Numbered from the stretch's first letter, positions 1-10,567 are shown. The stretch: DNA of 64,000 nt from an uncultured Acidimicrobiia bacterium (GCA_963791795.1 CAWBTP010000010.1:503808-567807); one strand, 5' to 3'. Notes: generated by a model from the sequence alone, not told the origin. Program-made: numbers and translations.

Positions 1-90
1 AATCTCAGTTCCAGGGGCAGCTTGGTGAGAGGAGTAGTGAGATGGCTTCTAGCGGGTTTTGTGCTTCAGGACTTGGCGTCTCTAAACTAG

Positions 91-522
91 TCAGGAGCGA
101 TTGCTCGCTTTGAGCAGCAGCACGGGAATATTCACAGCATGCCGCACGTCGTGAGAAACACTTCCGTACAGCAGATCGGAGATGAAGCGATGGCCATGTG
201 TAGTCATCGCGATCAGGTCAACCTGCTGCTCACGGGCAATCCGGATGATCTCATCGGAGGGTTCACCGTAGGCGAGGATGTAATCTGTCTCAATGTTCTT
301 GGCCCGCAAGGATTCGCAGAGATTGGCAAGGTAGTCGCGATCACGCCGCATCTCGTCCGATTCGCGAAGCTTGAGCTGATCGAAATTGCGGGCCACCCAA
401 CCATGGGCGACGCAAACCAGCAGGAGCTTTGCCCCGGTTAGGCCGACCAGGCCCTGAATGTGGTTCAGAATCACCTGATCATTGTCGGAGTTTTCAACGG
501 GGACGAGAATCTTTTGATACAT
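91..522 (-). CDS. Universal stress protein (UspA family)
   Basis: 143-aa ORF with the typical UspA fold signature (ILVPVENSD...LIAMTTHG...VLLLK). Confidence 0.8.
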   Translation of the reverse strand: MYQKILVPVENSDNDQVILNHIQGLVGLTGAKLLLVCVAHGWVARNFDQLKLRESDEMRRDRDYLANLCESLRAKNIETDYILAYGEPSDEIIRIAREQQVDLIAMTTHGHRFISDLLYGSVSHDVRHAVNIPVLLLKASNRS

Positions 523-573
523 GGTTTTGGTGCGACATCAGCGGGCAGTCAGGGGATTGCTATCTGCCCGGTT

Positions 574-1935
574 TTACGCCATCCAGCCGCGCACGGTCTG
601 AATCAGCAGCCATGCGTTCAAGGCGCCGATGACCACCGCGATAATCCAGGCTAGGGACTTCAACCAAAACGGGTTCACAAACTCATGCATTTTCCGCCGG
701 TCACTGGTAAACAGCACCAACGGAAAGACTGCGAAGGAGAGCTGCAGGCTGAGCACCACCTGGCTGAGAATCAACAGCTTCGCGGTACCGGATTCGCCGT
801 AGAGGATAACACAGACGACGGCGGGCACGATGGCGATGAGCCGCGTGATCAGACGGCGCAACCAGGGGCGCAGCCGGATGTTCAGAAAGCCCTCCATGAC
901 GATCTGCCCCGCGAGCGTCCCCGTCAGAGTAGAATTCTGACCGGAACAAAGCAGCGCGACGGCGAACAGAATGCTGGCGAGCGTCGTGCCGAGCAAGGGG
1001 GACAGCAGCTTATAGGCGTCGCCGATCTCGGCGACATCCTGGTTGCCGGATTGGTGGAACGTGGCAGCCGCCATGATGAGGATTGCGGCGTTAATAAAGA
1101 GGGCGAACATTAAAGCCACCGTCGAGTCCAGCGTGGCGAAGCGGATGGCTTCCTTCAACTCCTTCGGGCTGGACCCATATTTGCGAGTCTGAACGATAGA
1201 CGAGTGAAGGTACAAATTGTGTGGCATTACTGTGGCTCCCAGAATCCCGATGGCGATGTAGAGCATCTCCGGGTTTCTGAGGATCTCAGCCCGGGGGACA
1301 AATCCTGCCAGGACGCCTGACAAACTGGGGCGGGAGAGAACGATCTCGATTGCGAAGCAAGTGCCGATGATGCCAATGAGAGCGATCACAAAAGCTTCAA
1401 GGTAGCGAAATCCTTTCTGCTGGAGATAGAGGACGGCCAGTACGTCCAGCGCCGTCAAGCAGACCCCCCACGCCAGCGGCAACCCAAACAGCAGGTTCAG
1501 GGCGATGGCCGAGCCAATGACTTCGGCCAGGTCGCAGGCCGCGATGGCGATTTCGCACAACACCCATAGAACCATGCTGACCGGCCTGGAATAGTAATCG
1601 CGGCAGGCCTGTGCAAGATCGCGGCCCGTGACGACCCCCAGCTTCACTGCGAGGGCTTGCAGCAGGATGGCCATCAAGTTGGAAATCATGATCACGGAGA
1701 GCAGGGTGTAATTGAACCGAGCTCCCCCGGCCAGATCCGTTGCCCAATTCCCCGGGTCCATGTATCCCACTGCCACCATGTAACCCGGGCCGGCAAAGGC
1801 GAGCATCTTGCGCCAAAAGCCGAGCGATTGCGGCACTTCGATACTCTGGTAGACCTCCGGCAGGCTTGGTGTGCCATGCGCCACGTGGAATCCTGTTTGG
1901 ACTGCCATGTGGTCTTTCTTGCCAGACAGGCTCAT
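574..1935 (-). CDS. mntH: Nramp-family divalent metal (Mn2+/Fe2+) transporter
   Basis: 453-aa ORF with Nramp motifs ([23 protein letters not shown]) and a multi-TM profile. Overlaps the upstream DtxR-family gene by 4 nt. Confidence 0.9.
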   Translation of the reverse strand: MSLSGKKDHMAVQTGFHVAHGTPSLPEVYQSIEVPQSLGFWRKMLAFAGPGYMVAVGYMDPGNWATDLAGGARFNYTLLSVIMISNLMAILLQALAVKLGVVTGRDLAQACRDYYSRPVSMVLWVLCEIAIAACDLAEVIGSAIALNLLFGLPLAWGVCLTALDVLAVLYLQQKGFRYLEAFVIALIGIIGTCFAIEIVLSRPSLSGVLAGFVPRAEILRNPEMLYIAIGILGATVMPHNLYLHSSIVQTRKYGSSPKELKEAIRFATLDSTVALMFALFINAAILIMAAATFHQSGNQDVAEIGDAYKLLSPLLGTTLASILFAVALLCSGQNSTLTGTLAGQIVMEGFLNIRLRPWLRRLITRLIAIVPAVVCVILYGESGTAKLLILSQVVLSLQLSFAVFPLVLFTSDRRKMHEFVNPFWLKSLAWIIAVVIGALNAWLLIQTVRGWMA

Positions 1936-2735
1936 TGCAGCCTCCTGGGCGAGCTGCGGATTGGTTTTTCTTTCAGGCCAGGAGGTACTCCGCTCTTCTG
2001 CCGGAAACGTCTTGCAGGAAATGTAGTAGTTTTCTGCCCACTCCGCTTGGTACGCGAATCGCTCTCAGCACTCGCCAACCCAACTGGCAACACGTGGATG
2101 TCCTTTGCCGCTTCCAAACCCAGATACTGAGGCAACTTTCGTCCAGCCAGTATCAGCTTCAAAGGCCCTTGGAATGGAGCCCTTTCCAGCAACACAAAAG
2201 ACGCACCTGGCGTGAGTGCTTGCTTTTCAAGATAAGCGAGAAACTCGGGTTGATCGTTCGTCACCTTGCGGATGACGTATTCACCCGGTTCGGCGCGCAG
2301 AAGGCAAATATCGAGTTCCCGGCTGCGAAACCCCTTCGCGTCTGGAATCACTTCTCCATGGGGATCCTTCTCTGGATAGCCCAGGTAGGCGTCAACCCGT
2401 TCAACAAACAAATCGGACACGACGTGCTCGAGTTTCTCAGCCTCGTCGTGGACTTGTTCCCAGCCGTATCCCATGACCTTGTGCAGAAACAGTTCAATCA
2501 GTCGATGCCGCCGCAAGATCCGAAGAGCGAGCTTGCGTCCTTCTGCCGTCAGGGTCGCGCCATAGTAAGGCTTGTATTCCAAGAGACCGGTCTTTTGAAG
2601 CTTTCGGAGCATATCCGTGACTGAAGCATCGGCCACCGCGAGATGGCGTGCCACCGTGGAAGTGCTGGCCTTCTCGTTCATGTCTTCAAGCTTGAGGAAC
2701 GCCTTGAGGTAGTCTTCTACAGTGCTGGAAACCAT
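1932..2735 (-). CDS. DtxR/MntR-family metal-dependent transcriptional repressor with C-terminal FeoA/SH3-like domain
   Basis: N-terminal HTH ([21 protein letters not shown]) and a metal-binding/dimerisation region typical of DtxR. Start placed at the internal ATG ([11 protein letters not shown]) preceded by GGAGAC. Translationally coupled to mntH. Confidence 0.85.
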   Translation of the reverse strand: MVSSTVEDYLKAFLKLEDMNEKASTSTVARHLAVADASVTDMLRKLQKTGLLEYKPYYGATLTAEGRKLALRILRRHRLIELFLHKVMGYGWEQVHDEAEKLEHVVSDLFVERVDAYLGYPEKDPHGEVIPDAKGFRSRELDICLLRAEPGEYVIRKVTNDQPEFLAYLEKQALTPGASFVLLERAPFQGPLKLILAGRKLPQYLGLEAAKDIHVLPVGLASAESDSRTKRSGQKTTTFPARRFRQKSGVPPGLKEKPIRSSPRRLQ

Positions 2736-2839
2736 TGAATGTCTCCATGTGACACGTCTTTTCGCTTGGTCCTGATCGAAGCGGGGCTCCAAAGGAGAGA
2801 CGAAGATGTCTTTCTACGACCCGTCTCAGTTCAGCGGTA

Positions 2840-2855
2840 TTTAGACTAGTCTAAA
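2840..2855. promoter_or_regulatory. Perfect 16-bp palindrome TTTAGACTAGTCTAAA, candidate metalloregulator operator
   Basis: Read directly from the sequence, about 100 bp upstream of the DtxR-family gene start. It loosely resembles DtxR-box symmetry (TTAG...CTAA). Confidence 0.4.
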
Positions 2856-2962
2856 CTAATATTGTTATCAATGTAAATATGCGCACGGCTGGACTGCTGG
2901 AGGAGGCAAGTACTGGAAACCGGGTGCTGCGGGGAAGGGCTTGAGTGAATGAGCCGTCGGGA

Positions 2963-3496
2963 TCAGGACCAGCCCATTCGGGTTCGCAGCGAGCTGATGT
3001 GTGCAACATGGTGGCGACCATGCCATTCATAGAGACCAAGTTGTGTGTCCAACGTGAGAAGGCCCATTGCGGGATGGCGAAACGTTCTCGAAAACGCCGC
3101 GGGCGGGAGAGCACGCAATAGCACCGTCCAGCGTGCATGCAGGGATTCGAGAAGTGACAGCGAGACCTCGATGGGGGTCAGCCTTACGTCCTCCAACTCC
3201 GCCCACTGCTTTTCGTCGTAGGGCTTGATGGTAGGTTCGGATTCCGTCAGTGCCAGTTTGAAACGGACGTAAGCATTCAAATGGCTGTCAGGCACGTGAT
3301 GGATCACTTGCCGTACGGTCCAGCCTGCTGGGCGATAGGCTGTGTTTAGTTGCTGCTCCGACAAACCGTGAACCGTGGCCCGCATAGTCGATGGCAACCG
3401 GGCAATTCCGTCAATCAGGGCCTGTCGCCGTTCAGCGGTGATATTTGTTTCCTTTTGAAACTGTCCAACAGGATAGCTGAGATCAATTGTGGTCAT
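2963..3496 (-). CDS. DinB_2/YfiT-like metal-dependent enzyme
   Basis: His triad (HHVPDSH...WHGRHHVAH) typical of the DinB/YfiT superfamily. ATG at 3496 is preceded by GAGGGAA. Confidence 0.7.
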   Translation of the reverse strand: MTTIDLSYPVGQFQKETNITAERRQALIDGIARLPSTMRATVHGLSEQQLNTAYRPAGWTVRQVIHHVPDSHLNAYVRFKLALTESEPTIKPYDEKQWAELEDVRLTPIEVSLSLLESLHARWTVLLRALPPAAFSRTFRHPAMGLLTLDTQLGLYEWHGRHHVAHISSLRTRMGWS

Positions 3497-3576
3497 GAGT
3501 TCCCTCTGAAATCGACAAGCAGTGGCGAGCGATAGCACGGATATTCCGAGACCACCAAGAACTCGTAGCCCTTCAT

Positions 3577-4353
3577 CTAGACCGATGCCTGATTCTGCAA
3601 AGCGAATACTTCAACTGTGACGCCCGGAGACATCACCGCATGATCTGCATCACGCCCCGGTCGCTTGAGGCCATCAAGCTCAAAAGCTGCATCGTCCCAT
3701 TCGGTCACTTGAACGTTCGCCAACGGATAAGGTTGATGGTGGACTCTTCCGCTCCAGGGTAGGGTTTGCCCACTGACCTGCGCGAACAAAACATAGCGCT
3801 CGATTAGAAAGAATTCCAGCGTTCCCGGATTTGCCAGCCGGGTGTCACCGATGGGGCGATATTGGAAGCAGGAACCCAAGTCGTCTTTCGTGCCACGACG
3901 GTGTGAGAGGTAACGAATCTCTGCGGTTGTTGCGTCCTTGTCCGCTTTCATTTTGCTATCAAAGTACGGGAGGCAGAAGAACCGTCGTGCCGCTCGAACA
4001 GCGAGCGGCTGGTTCGCGTCCAGGGAGTAAAACCAGACGCCGGGCACGCCTTGCTCGTTGTAGACATAAGTTCGAACGTTCAGTTCCAGGAAATCGGAAA
4101 TGCCGGGCAATCGAGGGCAAATGCGGGGTCTCACATCCCGCATGAAGAAGGGGACGATCCCGATGTACGCTTTGCCTTCAAACGTATCGACTGTCAAGCC
4201 GCGCGGCAACGTACCTTGGATTGCCGAGGCGGCGTAGCTCCAGTGCAGAAACAGCAGATCGTCCCACCGTTGGTACATCACAGGCATGCGACCCGCTGGC
4301 CGGGTTCGCACGGCTAACCGGTCTGATTCGCTTGGAGACTTCAAGGCGTGCAT
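3577..4353 (-). CDS. DUF2071 (YqjF-like) family protein
   Basis: LLFLHWSY...LPRGLTVDTFEGKAYIGIVPF matches the DUF2071 N-terminal signature. Confidence 0.6.
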   Translation of the reverse strand: MHALKSPSESDRLAVRTRPAGRMPVMYQRWDDLLFLHWSYAASAIQGTLPRGLTVDTFEGKAYIGIVPFFMRDVRPRICPRLPGISDFLELNVRTYVYNEQGVPGVWFYSLDANQPLAVRAARRFFCLPYFDSKMKADKDATTAEIRYLSHRRGTKDDLGSCFQYRPIGDTRLANPGTLEFFLIERYVLFAQVSGQTLPWSGRVHHQPYPLANVQVTEWDDAAFELDGLKRPGRDADHAVMSPGVTVEVFALQNQASV

Positions 4354-4382
4354 GCGGGGGCTGACGTGAGGACCCGTAAAGT

Positions 4383-5367
4383 TCAGAGTTCAGCCTTCAG
4401 GCTGGCTTTTTTCGGCAAGCTGAAGCTTGAACTCAAAACTGTTCGCAATGAAATCGCTGCCTGGCTACTGCGTTGAAGCTCGGCCGCTGGGATGGGGCTC
4501 TCGACATCAAGTACTAGCGTCCAGCGATTTCCCTTGCGCTTCCAGATACGAACATAGTTGGCTGCCACACCAGCGGCGCCTGCCGAGTCAGGGGCCATCG
4601 ATCGTGACGTGCCATAGGTGTAGCCGAGATCAGCGGCGTTCGATATGTCGGCCCTGTTTGGCTGCAGAACTGGCTTGCCGCCGCTCTGAGAAAGCATCGC
4701 AAAAATTTCTCTCTTGCCTACCACGGGAAATGCGTTTGCCCGGTAGAGTCTTGCGTCGTCGGCCAGATAGCGAAGATAAGCTTGAGCAGATCCCTTCTCG
4801 GAAACCGCGTGGGCTAGTTCGCGATCAAAAGCGAGCAACTCCGATCGCTCTTCGTCGATTCGGATGCCACGGTGTGCCTTCCCAGCGCCGGTGTTAAGGG
4901 TGCCTGATTGAAGAATTCTGGAATTCCCCGCCGGGGCAGCGTGGCTGATTCCCAGATCTACTGACGACCTTCCAAACGCCATCAGATCTGCCGCTTCCAA
5001 ACTGAGACGTAGTGTCCATAAGCGGTGGGCTTATCCTGTGGGCTCCTCGGGCGAATCTCCCACGGACCGGTCGTATAGCCAAGATCGCCCGACTGCGCTA
5101 CGTCCGCAAAGGTGGTTCCCAAGTGAGGAGAGTGGGCGGCGCTGGATGTTCCTCAATCCATTTCTTGCCTGCTACAGGACCAGGCCGAAAAAGAATGGAG
5201 TCCTCTGCCAGGTATTCCAGGAAAGCGGCACGCGTGTCCTTGGCAAGCGATGTTGCGGCAAACGCACGCTCGGCTTCCACGAGGGAGGTCCAGTTCGGAT
5301 TGCCCTGAGCACTCATAGCCAGGGGGCAGGCAAACAGGCATAAGAGAATTAGGAAAATCGGTGCCAA
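4383..5367 (-). pseudogene. Secreted tandem DUF4440/SnoaL-like protein, interrupted by a frameshift
   Basis: ORF 5367..5098 has a signal peptide plus the first half of a DUF4440 domain. ORF 5000..4383 carries the second half plus a complete second DUF4440. The two are in different frames with a ~100-nt gap. Confidence 0.5.
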
Positions 5368-5466
5368 GAAGGTCCTCCATCGGACTTAGTTGAGATGTCG
5401 AACGCCATGTTAGCATACACGGCGGCACTGGGCTGGACACCCGAGACATCCCTATGAGAACCTGCA

Positions 5467-6418
5467 ATGCCTGAGCTTCCTGATATCGTCATTTATATCG
5501 AGCAGCTTCAGACTCGCGTACTCAATGAGCCGCTTCAGGAGATTCGGCTGCTCAACTCCGTTTGTACTCCGCTCCGTGACGCCGCCCTTGGAACGAGCCG
5601 TTGGAAGAAAGGTTCATGCGCTCCGCCGGCTTGGCAAACGGATTGTTTTTGGCCTCGAAGGACGACTTGTTTCTGGTGCTTCACTTGATGATTGCCGGAC
5701 GGCTTCACTGGCACCCGACAACGGCGGTTAAAGCCGGGCGCAACTCGGCGTTGCCGTGTTTTCGTTTCCATCAGGCAGCCTGCTGTTCACTGAAGCGGGT
5801 TCAAAGAAGCGAGCCGCATTGCACCTCGTTCAGGGAGAGGCTGAGCTTCGGATGCTTGACCGCGGTGGAGTGGAGGTGCTCGATTGCGATCTGCCTGGTT
5901 TTCGCGCGGCCCTTCTTCGTGAGAACCACACTTTGAAACGCGCGTTGACTGATCCGCACCTGTTCAGCGGGATTGGAAATGCTTACTCGGATGAAATACT
6001 GCACCGCGCAGGCTTGTCTCCGGTTGCCCTGACTCAACGTTTGCCCGACGAAGCTGTGGAACGTCTCTTTGGTGCCTCGCAGGCAATCTTGCAGGAATGG
6101 GTGGAACGGCTGCGAAAGGAAACCGGAAGCGCTTTCCCGGAGAAAGTCACCGCATTTCGTTCGGAGATGGCGGTGCATGGGCGCTTCCAGAAACCTTGCC
6201 CGGCCTGCGGCACGGCGGTTCAGCGCATCGCGCATGCTGAAAACGAAGCAAACTATTGCCCTCGCTGTCAAACCGGGGGCAAGTTGCTGGCTGACCGGGC
6301 TCTCTCGCGCCTGCTGAAAACCGACTGGCCGCGAACCCTCGAAGAGATGGAGAATCGTAAGGCCACAGCCCGACACGACAAGACAGGTTTGAAGGCAAAT
6401 GGTGGGGAGAGCTCGTGA
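5467..6418 (+). pseudogene. mutM: Formamidopyrimidine-DNA glycosylase (Fpg/MutM/Nei family) with about 3 frame changes
   Basis: The N-terminal MPELPDIV, the LEGRL and LHLMIAGRLHW cores, the H2TH (FSGIGNAYSDEILHRAGLSP) and the C4 zinc finger (CPACG...CPRCQ) are all present. They are spread over four overlapping ORFs in frames 1, 2, 0 and 2. Confidence 0.7.
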
Positions 6419-6675
6419 GGAACACGCAGAATCTGAACTGGCGGGAATAGACGCAAGGAGACCGGAGGTTTTGCCTTGACTTCATTCTGGCGAATACCAA
6501 AAATGAGGGCTCTCACAAAACGCTTCCGAATGAAACGAATTAGCCTCCAGGAATTGTTGAACAGAGAGGTTTCTGACCATGCTGCAGCCATGTCACATTG
6601 CATTGGAATCCAGGAAGCACTATTGAAGGATTGAAGGCGCGAAATTCAAAATTCCATTCTACGCGAGGTTGATCT

Positions 6676-7788
6676 ATGCACTCCAGATCGGACAAGAACG
6701 ATTCGACCCGGCTCGACCGCAGAGAATTCACGAAAATGGCTCTCGCGAGTTCGCTGGCAGCCGGGGCTTCCCCGGCATCCTCGTACGCTGCGAAGCGGCC
6801 GTTGGAACCTCTGTCTCCGGGGATCAAGCTTTCACTTCAGGTGCCGACCGATCCCAGTGACGAAGACTTGCAGTTTGCGCAGCAACTGGGTGTCGAGTAC
6901 ATCAACATTCCCAGTGGAGGGGACAAATCGACCGCAGAAAATTTCACTCGATGGAAACAGCGTGCGGAAGCCAAAGGGTTGAAGGTTTGGAATATCGGCA
7001 ATAGCAATGTTCACAACATGCCTGAGGTCACTCTGAATCTGACCGGACGTGACCAGAAGATTGAAGAATACAAACAGTATCTGCGCAATCTGGCCAAGGC
7101 CGGCATCTTCTACACGACGTATGCGCACATGGGAAACGGCATCTGGAGTTCTGAGCGGGAGACAACGCGCGGCGATGCGCCTGCTCGCGCTTTCAATCTG
7201 GCGACGGCAAAGGGCTACTGGGCAGGGAAGGTGTTTGAGGGACCGCTCACCCACGGTCGTAAGTACACCAAGGAAGAGCTCTGGGAGAATTATACCCACT
7301 TCATCAAGCAGGTTGTTCCCGTGGCCGAAGAGTTGGGTATCCGTATCGGCATTCATCCGGACGACCCGCCAGTGCCGGAGCTGGGCGGAGTGCCGCGGTG
7401 CATCTTTGGAAACTTCGAAGGCTACGTCCGCGCCCTAGAAATTGCCAGCAGCCCCAACATCGGGGTCTGCCTTTGCTGCGGAACTTGGATGGAGGGTGGC
7501 AAGGGGATGGGTAAAGATTGCTTTGAAGCCGCACGCGCTTTCGCGAAGATGGGCAAACTGTGGAAGATTCATTTCCGCAATGTCTCGGCGCCAATTCCGC
7601 ACTTTGTCGAGACGTTCGTCGATAACGGTTACACCGACATGTGGAAACTGATCCGAACGCTGAAAGAAGTGGATTTCCGAGGTAACTTGATTGCAGATCA
7701 CGTCCCCGGAATGGTCGGAGGAAACCGCGTCGGCTGGGCTTACAGCATCGGCTATATCAAGGCGATGATTGCGGCAGGAAAAGCGTAG
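6676..7788 (+). CDS. UxuA-type D-mannonate dehydratase-like TIM-barrel enzyme with twin-arginine signal peptide
   Basis: The N-terminus RREFTKMALASSLAAGASPASSYA is a Tat motif with an AxA cleavage site. The C-terminal HFRNV...DNGYTDMW...ADHVP resembles UxuA. Confidence 0.7.
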   Translation: MHSRSDKNDSTRLDRREFTKMALASSLAAGASPASSYAAKRPLEPLSPGIKLSLQVPTDPSDEDLQFAQQLGVEYINIPSGGDKSTAENFTRWKQRAEAKGLKVWNIGNSNVHNMPEVTLNLTGRDQKIEEYKQYLRNLAKAGIFYTTYAHMGNGIWSSERETTRGDAPARAFNLATAKGYWAGKVFEGPLTHGRKYTKEELWENYTHFIKQVVPVAEELGIRIGIHPDDPPVPELGGVPRCIFGNFEGYVRALEIASSPNIGVCLCCGTWMEGGKGMGKDCFEAARAFAKMGKLWKIHFRNVSAPIPHFVETFVDNGYTDMWKLIRTLKEVDFRGNLIADHVPGMVGGNRVGWAYSIGYIKAMIAAGKA

Positions 7789-8019
7789 ATCGAGACCTCT
7801 CATGCGCTGATGTTCCAGGCACTATGTTCCCAGCAGGCGATCGTTAGGGGCACCAGGTCAAGAGCCCGAGGCAGAAAGGTTGTTTGGGAGCCAATATGAG
7901 AACACTGAACCCGGAAGGCTTGAGGGTCAAGGATGGAGTCATTTCTTTCTTGGGTCCCTGGGTCATCGCGTCCGTTTGGGGGAGACTCAAATGAGGTTGA
8001 AACCGACCAGAACGGGAAA

Positions 8020-8727
8020 ATGTCGTTCTTGGATCACCTCGATGAGCTTCGTCGCAGGTTAATTGTTTCCATTGTTGCCGCGAGCATCGCCTTTTTCATC
8101 TGCTGGGCATTTCGCGAAAGGATTTACGATTTCGTGACAATTCCCATCACACAGTTTACGGGAGAGAAACTCAAGTATGTCACTCCTGCCGAGCCCTTCA
8201 GCGTGTACATGCAAATCTCTATGTTGGCGGGAATTTTCCTCGCCTCGCCGATCATTCTCTGGCAAGTATGGCTATTTATCTCGCCGGGACTGTATAGACG
8301 TGAAAAGAGATTTGCCCTTCCGTTCCTGGCAGCGACAACGGGTCTCTTCCTCGTCGGCGGGGCTTTTGCCTACCGTGTTGCTCTCCCGCTGACTCTCCAT
8401 TTCCTACAGGCTTTTGGTGATCGTTTGGAGTCGAATGTAACCGCCACGGCATATCTGGATTTCGCGGTGACTATGATTCTGAGTTGTGCCGTACTGTCCG
8501 AGATTCCAGTTGTGATTTTCTTCCTTACGATCTTGGGCCTTGTCACCGCCCAGCTTCTGGTTCGACATCTCCGATATGCGATTCTCATTATTTTTGTCGC
8601 TGCTGCCTTTATCACCCCGACTCAGGACATTCCGACGATGATGGTTTTTGCGCTTCCAATGCTGGCGCTTTATATGGTGGGTATTCTTGTTGCTTGGATA
8701 TTCAGGCGAAAGCCTCAGACTCAGTAG
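8020..8727 (+). CDS. tatC: Twin-arginine translocase subunit TatC
   Basis: MSFLDHLDELRRRL... with 6 TM helices, canonical TatC. The ORF is open from 7933; the ATG at 8020 is preferred. Confidence 0.85.
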   Translation: MSFLDHLDELRRRLIVSIVAASIAFFICWAFRERIYDFVTIPITQFTGEKLKYVTPAEPFSVYMQISMLAGIFLASPIILWQVWLFISPGLYRREKRFALPFLAATTGLFLVGGAFAYRVALPLTLHFLQAFGDRLESNVTATAYLDFAVTMILSCAVLSEIPVVIFFLTILGLVTAQLLVRHLRYAILIIFVAAAFITPTQDIPTMMVFALPMLALYMVGILVAWIFRRKPQTQ

Positions 8728-8839
8728 CAAACACCTGTGTCGTTGCGAGCTCTCTAAGCAAGAACAAAGCGAGCTTGATTCCTTCAAGCCGCCCGCCATG
8801 AATTGATCCCATTGCTTCATTGATCAAGACAGGAAATGC

Positions 8840-8868
8840 CCACGGTCAGCAAAGAGCTCTGACCGTGG
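8840..8868. terminator. 10-bp perfect-stem hairpin (CCACGGTCAG-N9-CTGACCGTGG) between convergent genes
   Basis: Inverted repeat seen in the sequence between the tatC 3' end and the 3' end of the enolase-family gene. Candidate bidirectional terminator. Confidence 0.4.
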
Positions 8869-8922
8869 CTACCATTCAATAAATCTTGTCAATCTTGTCA
8901 GAACTATTTCGTAAATCTCGTC

Positions 8923-10338
8923 TCAGCTCCACCAACGGTCGTTGCTGCGATCCTTATCCCATTGCGGCGTTGGTTCGAAGTAACCTGGCTCCAATAGGTG
9001 CTGCTTGCAAGCTTCGTCATTGAGCGTCACGCCAAGGCCTGGAGTATCTGGCACTGGGATGTACCCTTGCTGAACGATGGGTTTGGCGACACCTGTGACT
9101 AGGTCGTCCCAAAACTTCACGTCGGCAGAGTGAATCTCAAGCGCCAGGAAATTGCGAGTAGCCGCCGCGCAATGAACGTTGGCCATGCAACAGACCGGGC
9201 TGCCTGCAAAGTGCATCGCCATTGCGACGCCTCGTTCTTCCGCGTAATCGCCAATCTTTTTGGTCTCCAGCAGGCCACCGGAACTCGCGAGGTCGGGATG
9301 AATCATATCGACGGAGTGCGTGTTACATAGCTTCGCAAACTCTTCCTTCAAGTAAATGTCCTCACCTGTCAGGATCGGAACGTCCACGGCGTCGGTGATC
9401 TTCTTCTGCAAGTCCGTATAGAACCAGGGCACCATGTCTTCCAGCCAAGCCATGTTGTACTTCTCCAGAGCCTTTGCGAGGCGGATGCAACTATTCACGC
9501 CGATATGCCCGAAGTGGTCCGCTGCCAAGGGGATCTCCATTCCGATTGCTTCCCGTACCTGAGCGACGTAGTCCGCCATCATCGCTATACCCTTGTCCGT
9601 GATCTCGATCCCCGTAAAAGGGTGCTCCAGCGTTCGTAGTTCTACGTCTTTCGGGCTGGTGACTGTTCCGGGCGTTTTCTGCACCAGCTGCACACCCAGA
9701 TCCATTTTGAGATAGGTATAGCCACGATCCATACGCTCTTTCAGCCGGCTGGCGAAAACCTTGGGGTCAGGAGACCCGTCCGTGTCGGCATAACAGCGAA
9801 CCTTGTCACGGAACTTGCCGCCTAGCATCTGATAAGCTGGAACGTTGTACGCTTTGCCAGCCAAGTCCCATAACGCCATCTCCACGCCACACACACCGCC
9901 TGCCTGGCGCGCGTGGTTTCCAAATTGCTTAATCTTGCGGAACACCTTGTCCACGTTGCAGGGATTCTCGCCTAGGAGGCGGCTTTTCAGCACTAGAGCG
10001 TAGTTCTTGCTGGCACCGTCGCGCACCTCGCCCAGCCCGTAAATGCCCTGGTTGGTATCGATTCGGATGAGGGGGCTGGTGAAGGGGACACCGCGAAGGG
10101 TCGCGACCCGCAGATCTGTGATCTTTAGCTCGGATGGCTTCGAAGCTTTGTTGACATTCTGTGTGGCTGCTTCGACATCTTCGCTACTGTTGAAGTAACT
10201 AGCCAGACTGATTCCTGCTGCCGCCGAACCAGTCGACCTGAAGAACGAGCGTCTGTCCAATCGTTTCGTTAGGGATGGTTTCATCGACATGGTGAAAGCC
10301 TCCGTAGAAGAACGCGTTGCGTGGCCGTGACTCTTCAA
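8923..10338 (-). CDS. Enolase-superfamily dehydratase (ManD/GalD-like D-mannonate/D-galactonate dehydratase family) with twin-arginine signal
   Basis: Tat motif DRRSFFRSTGSAAAGISLA. Capping and barrel motifs (KITDLRV...GIYGLGE...ALWDLAGK...QMLGG) match MR/MLE/ManD. The real start is probably at the internal MSM (~10290). Confidence 0.8.
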   Translation of the reverse strand: MKSHGHATRSSTEAFTMSMKPSLTKRLDRRSFFRSTGSAAAGISLASYFNSSEDVEAATQNVNKASKPSELKITDLRVATLRGVPFTSPLIRIDTNQGIYGLGEVRDGASKNYALVLKSRLLGENPCNVDKVFRKIKQFGNHARQAGGVCGVEMALWDLAGKAYNVPAYQMLGGKFRDKVRCYADTDGSPDPKVFASRLKERMDRGYTYLKMDLGVQLVQKTPGTVTSPKDVELRTLEHPFTGIEITDKGIAMMADYVAQVREAIGMEIPLAADHFGHIGVNSCIRLAKALEKYNMAWLEDMVPWFYTDLQKKITDAVDVPILTGEDIYLKEEFAKLCNTHSVDMIHPDLASSGGLLETKKIGDYAEERGVAMAMHFAGSPVCCMANVHCAAATRNFLALEIHSADVKFWDDLVTGVAKPIVQQGYIPVPDTPGLGVTLNDEACKQHLLEPGYFEPTPQWDKDRSNDRWWS

Positions 10339-10567
10339 CTGCAGTTGGGAACGGAGCTGACGTTAGCGAGGAGTATGCATCGTAGCACCAAATATTCTCG
10401 ATTTCATGCAGATTGCGGTTATGCCGGGATGCTTCGAGCACAGCTCAATGGTAGCAAGATCTCGGTCGTCATGCGGACGGGGCTAGTGCCAGGTTCGACG
10501 TTGTGTTCTTGTTCAAGCCAAAGGCGACTTTGAAACCCAGGAGCCGCCAGCGTGCCCACTTCAGTTG

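Noticed and set aside
78-96. TCTAAACTAGTC half-site resembling the 2840-2855 palindrome
   Set aside because: It overlaps the uspA stop codon, is not palindromic itself, and sits downstream of the gene. It is more likely a chance ACTAGT-containing match, and is mentioned only as a possible secondary site.
1397-2624. Several 139-294-aa ORFs on both strands overlapping mntH and the DtxR-family gene
   Set aside because: They are in alternative frames or on the opposite strand of two strongly supported genes. Their composition is Arg/Pro/Gly-rich nonsense, typical of high-GC artefacts.
8880-8900. Short tandem direct repeat AATCTTGTC x2
   Set aside because: Only two 9-nt copies in a convergent intergenic region. 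Too short to call a repeat element.
10480-10500. tRNA-like GGTTCGA T-loop motif
   Set aside because: No downstream TCC or complementary acceptor stem, and no anticodon arm could be folded. It is isolated motif similarity only.
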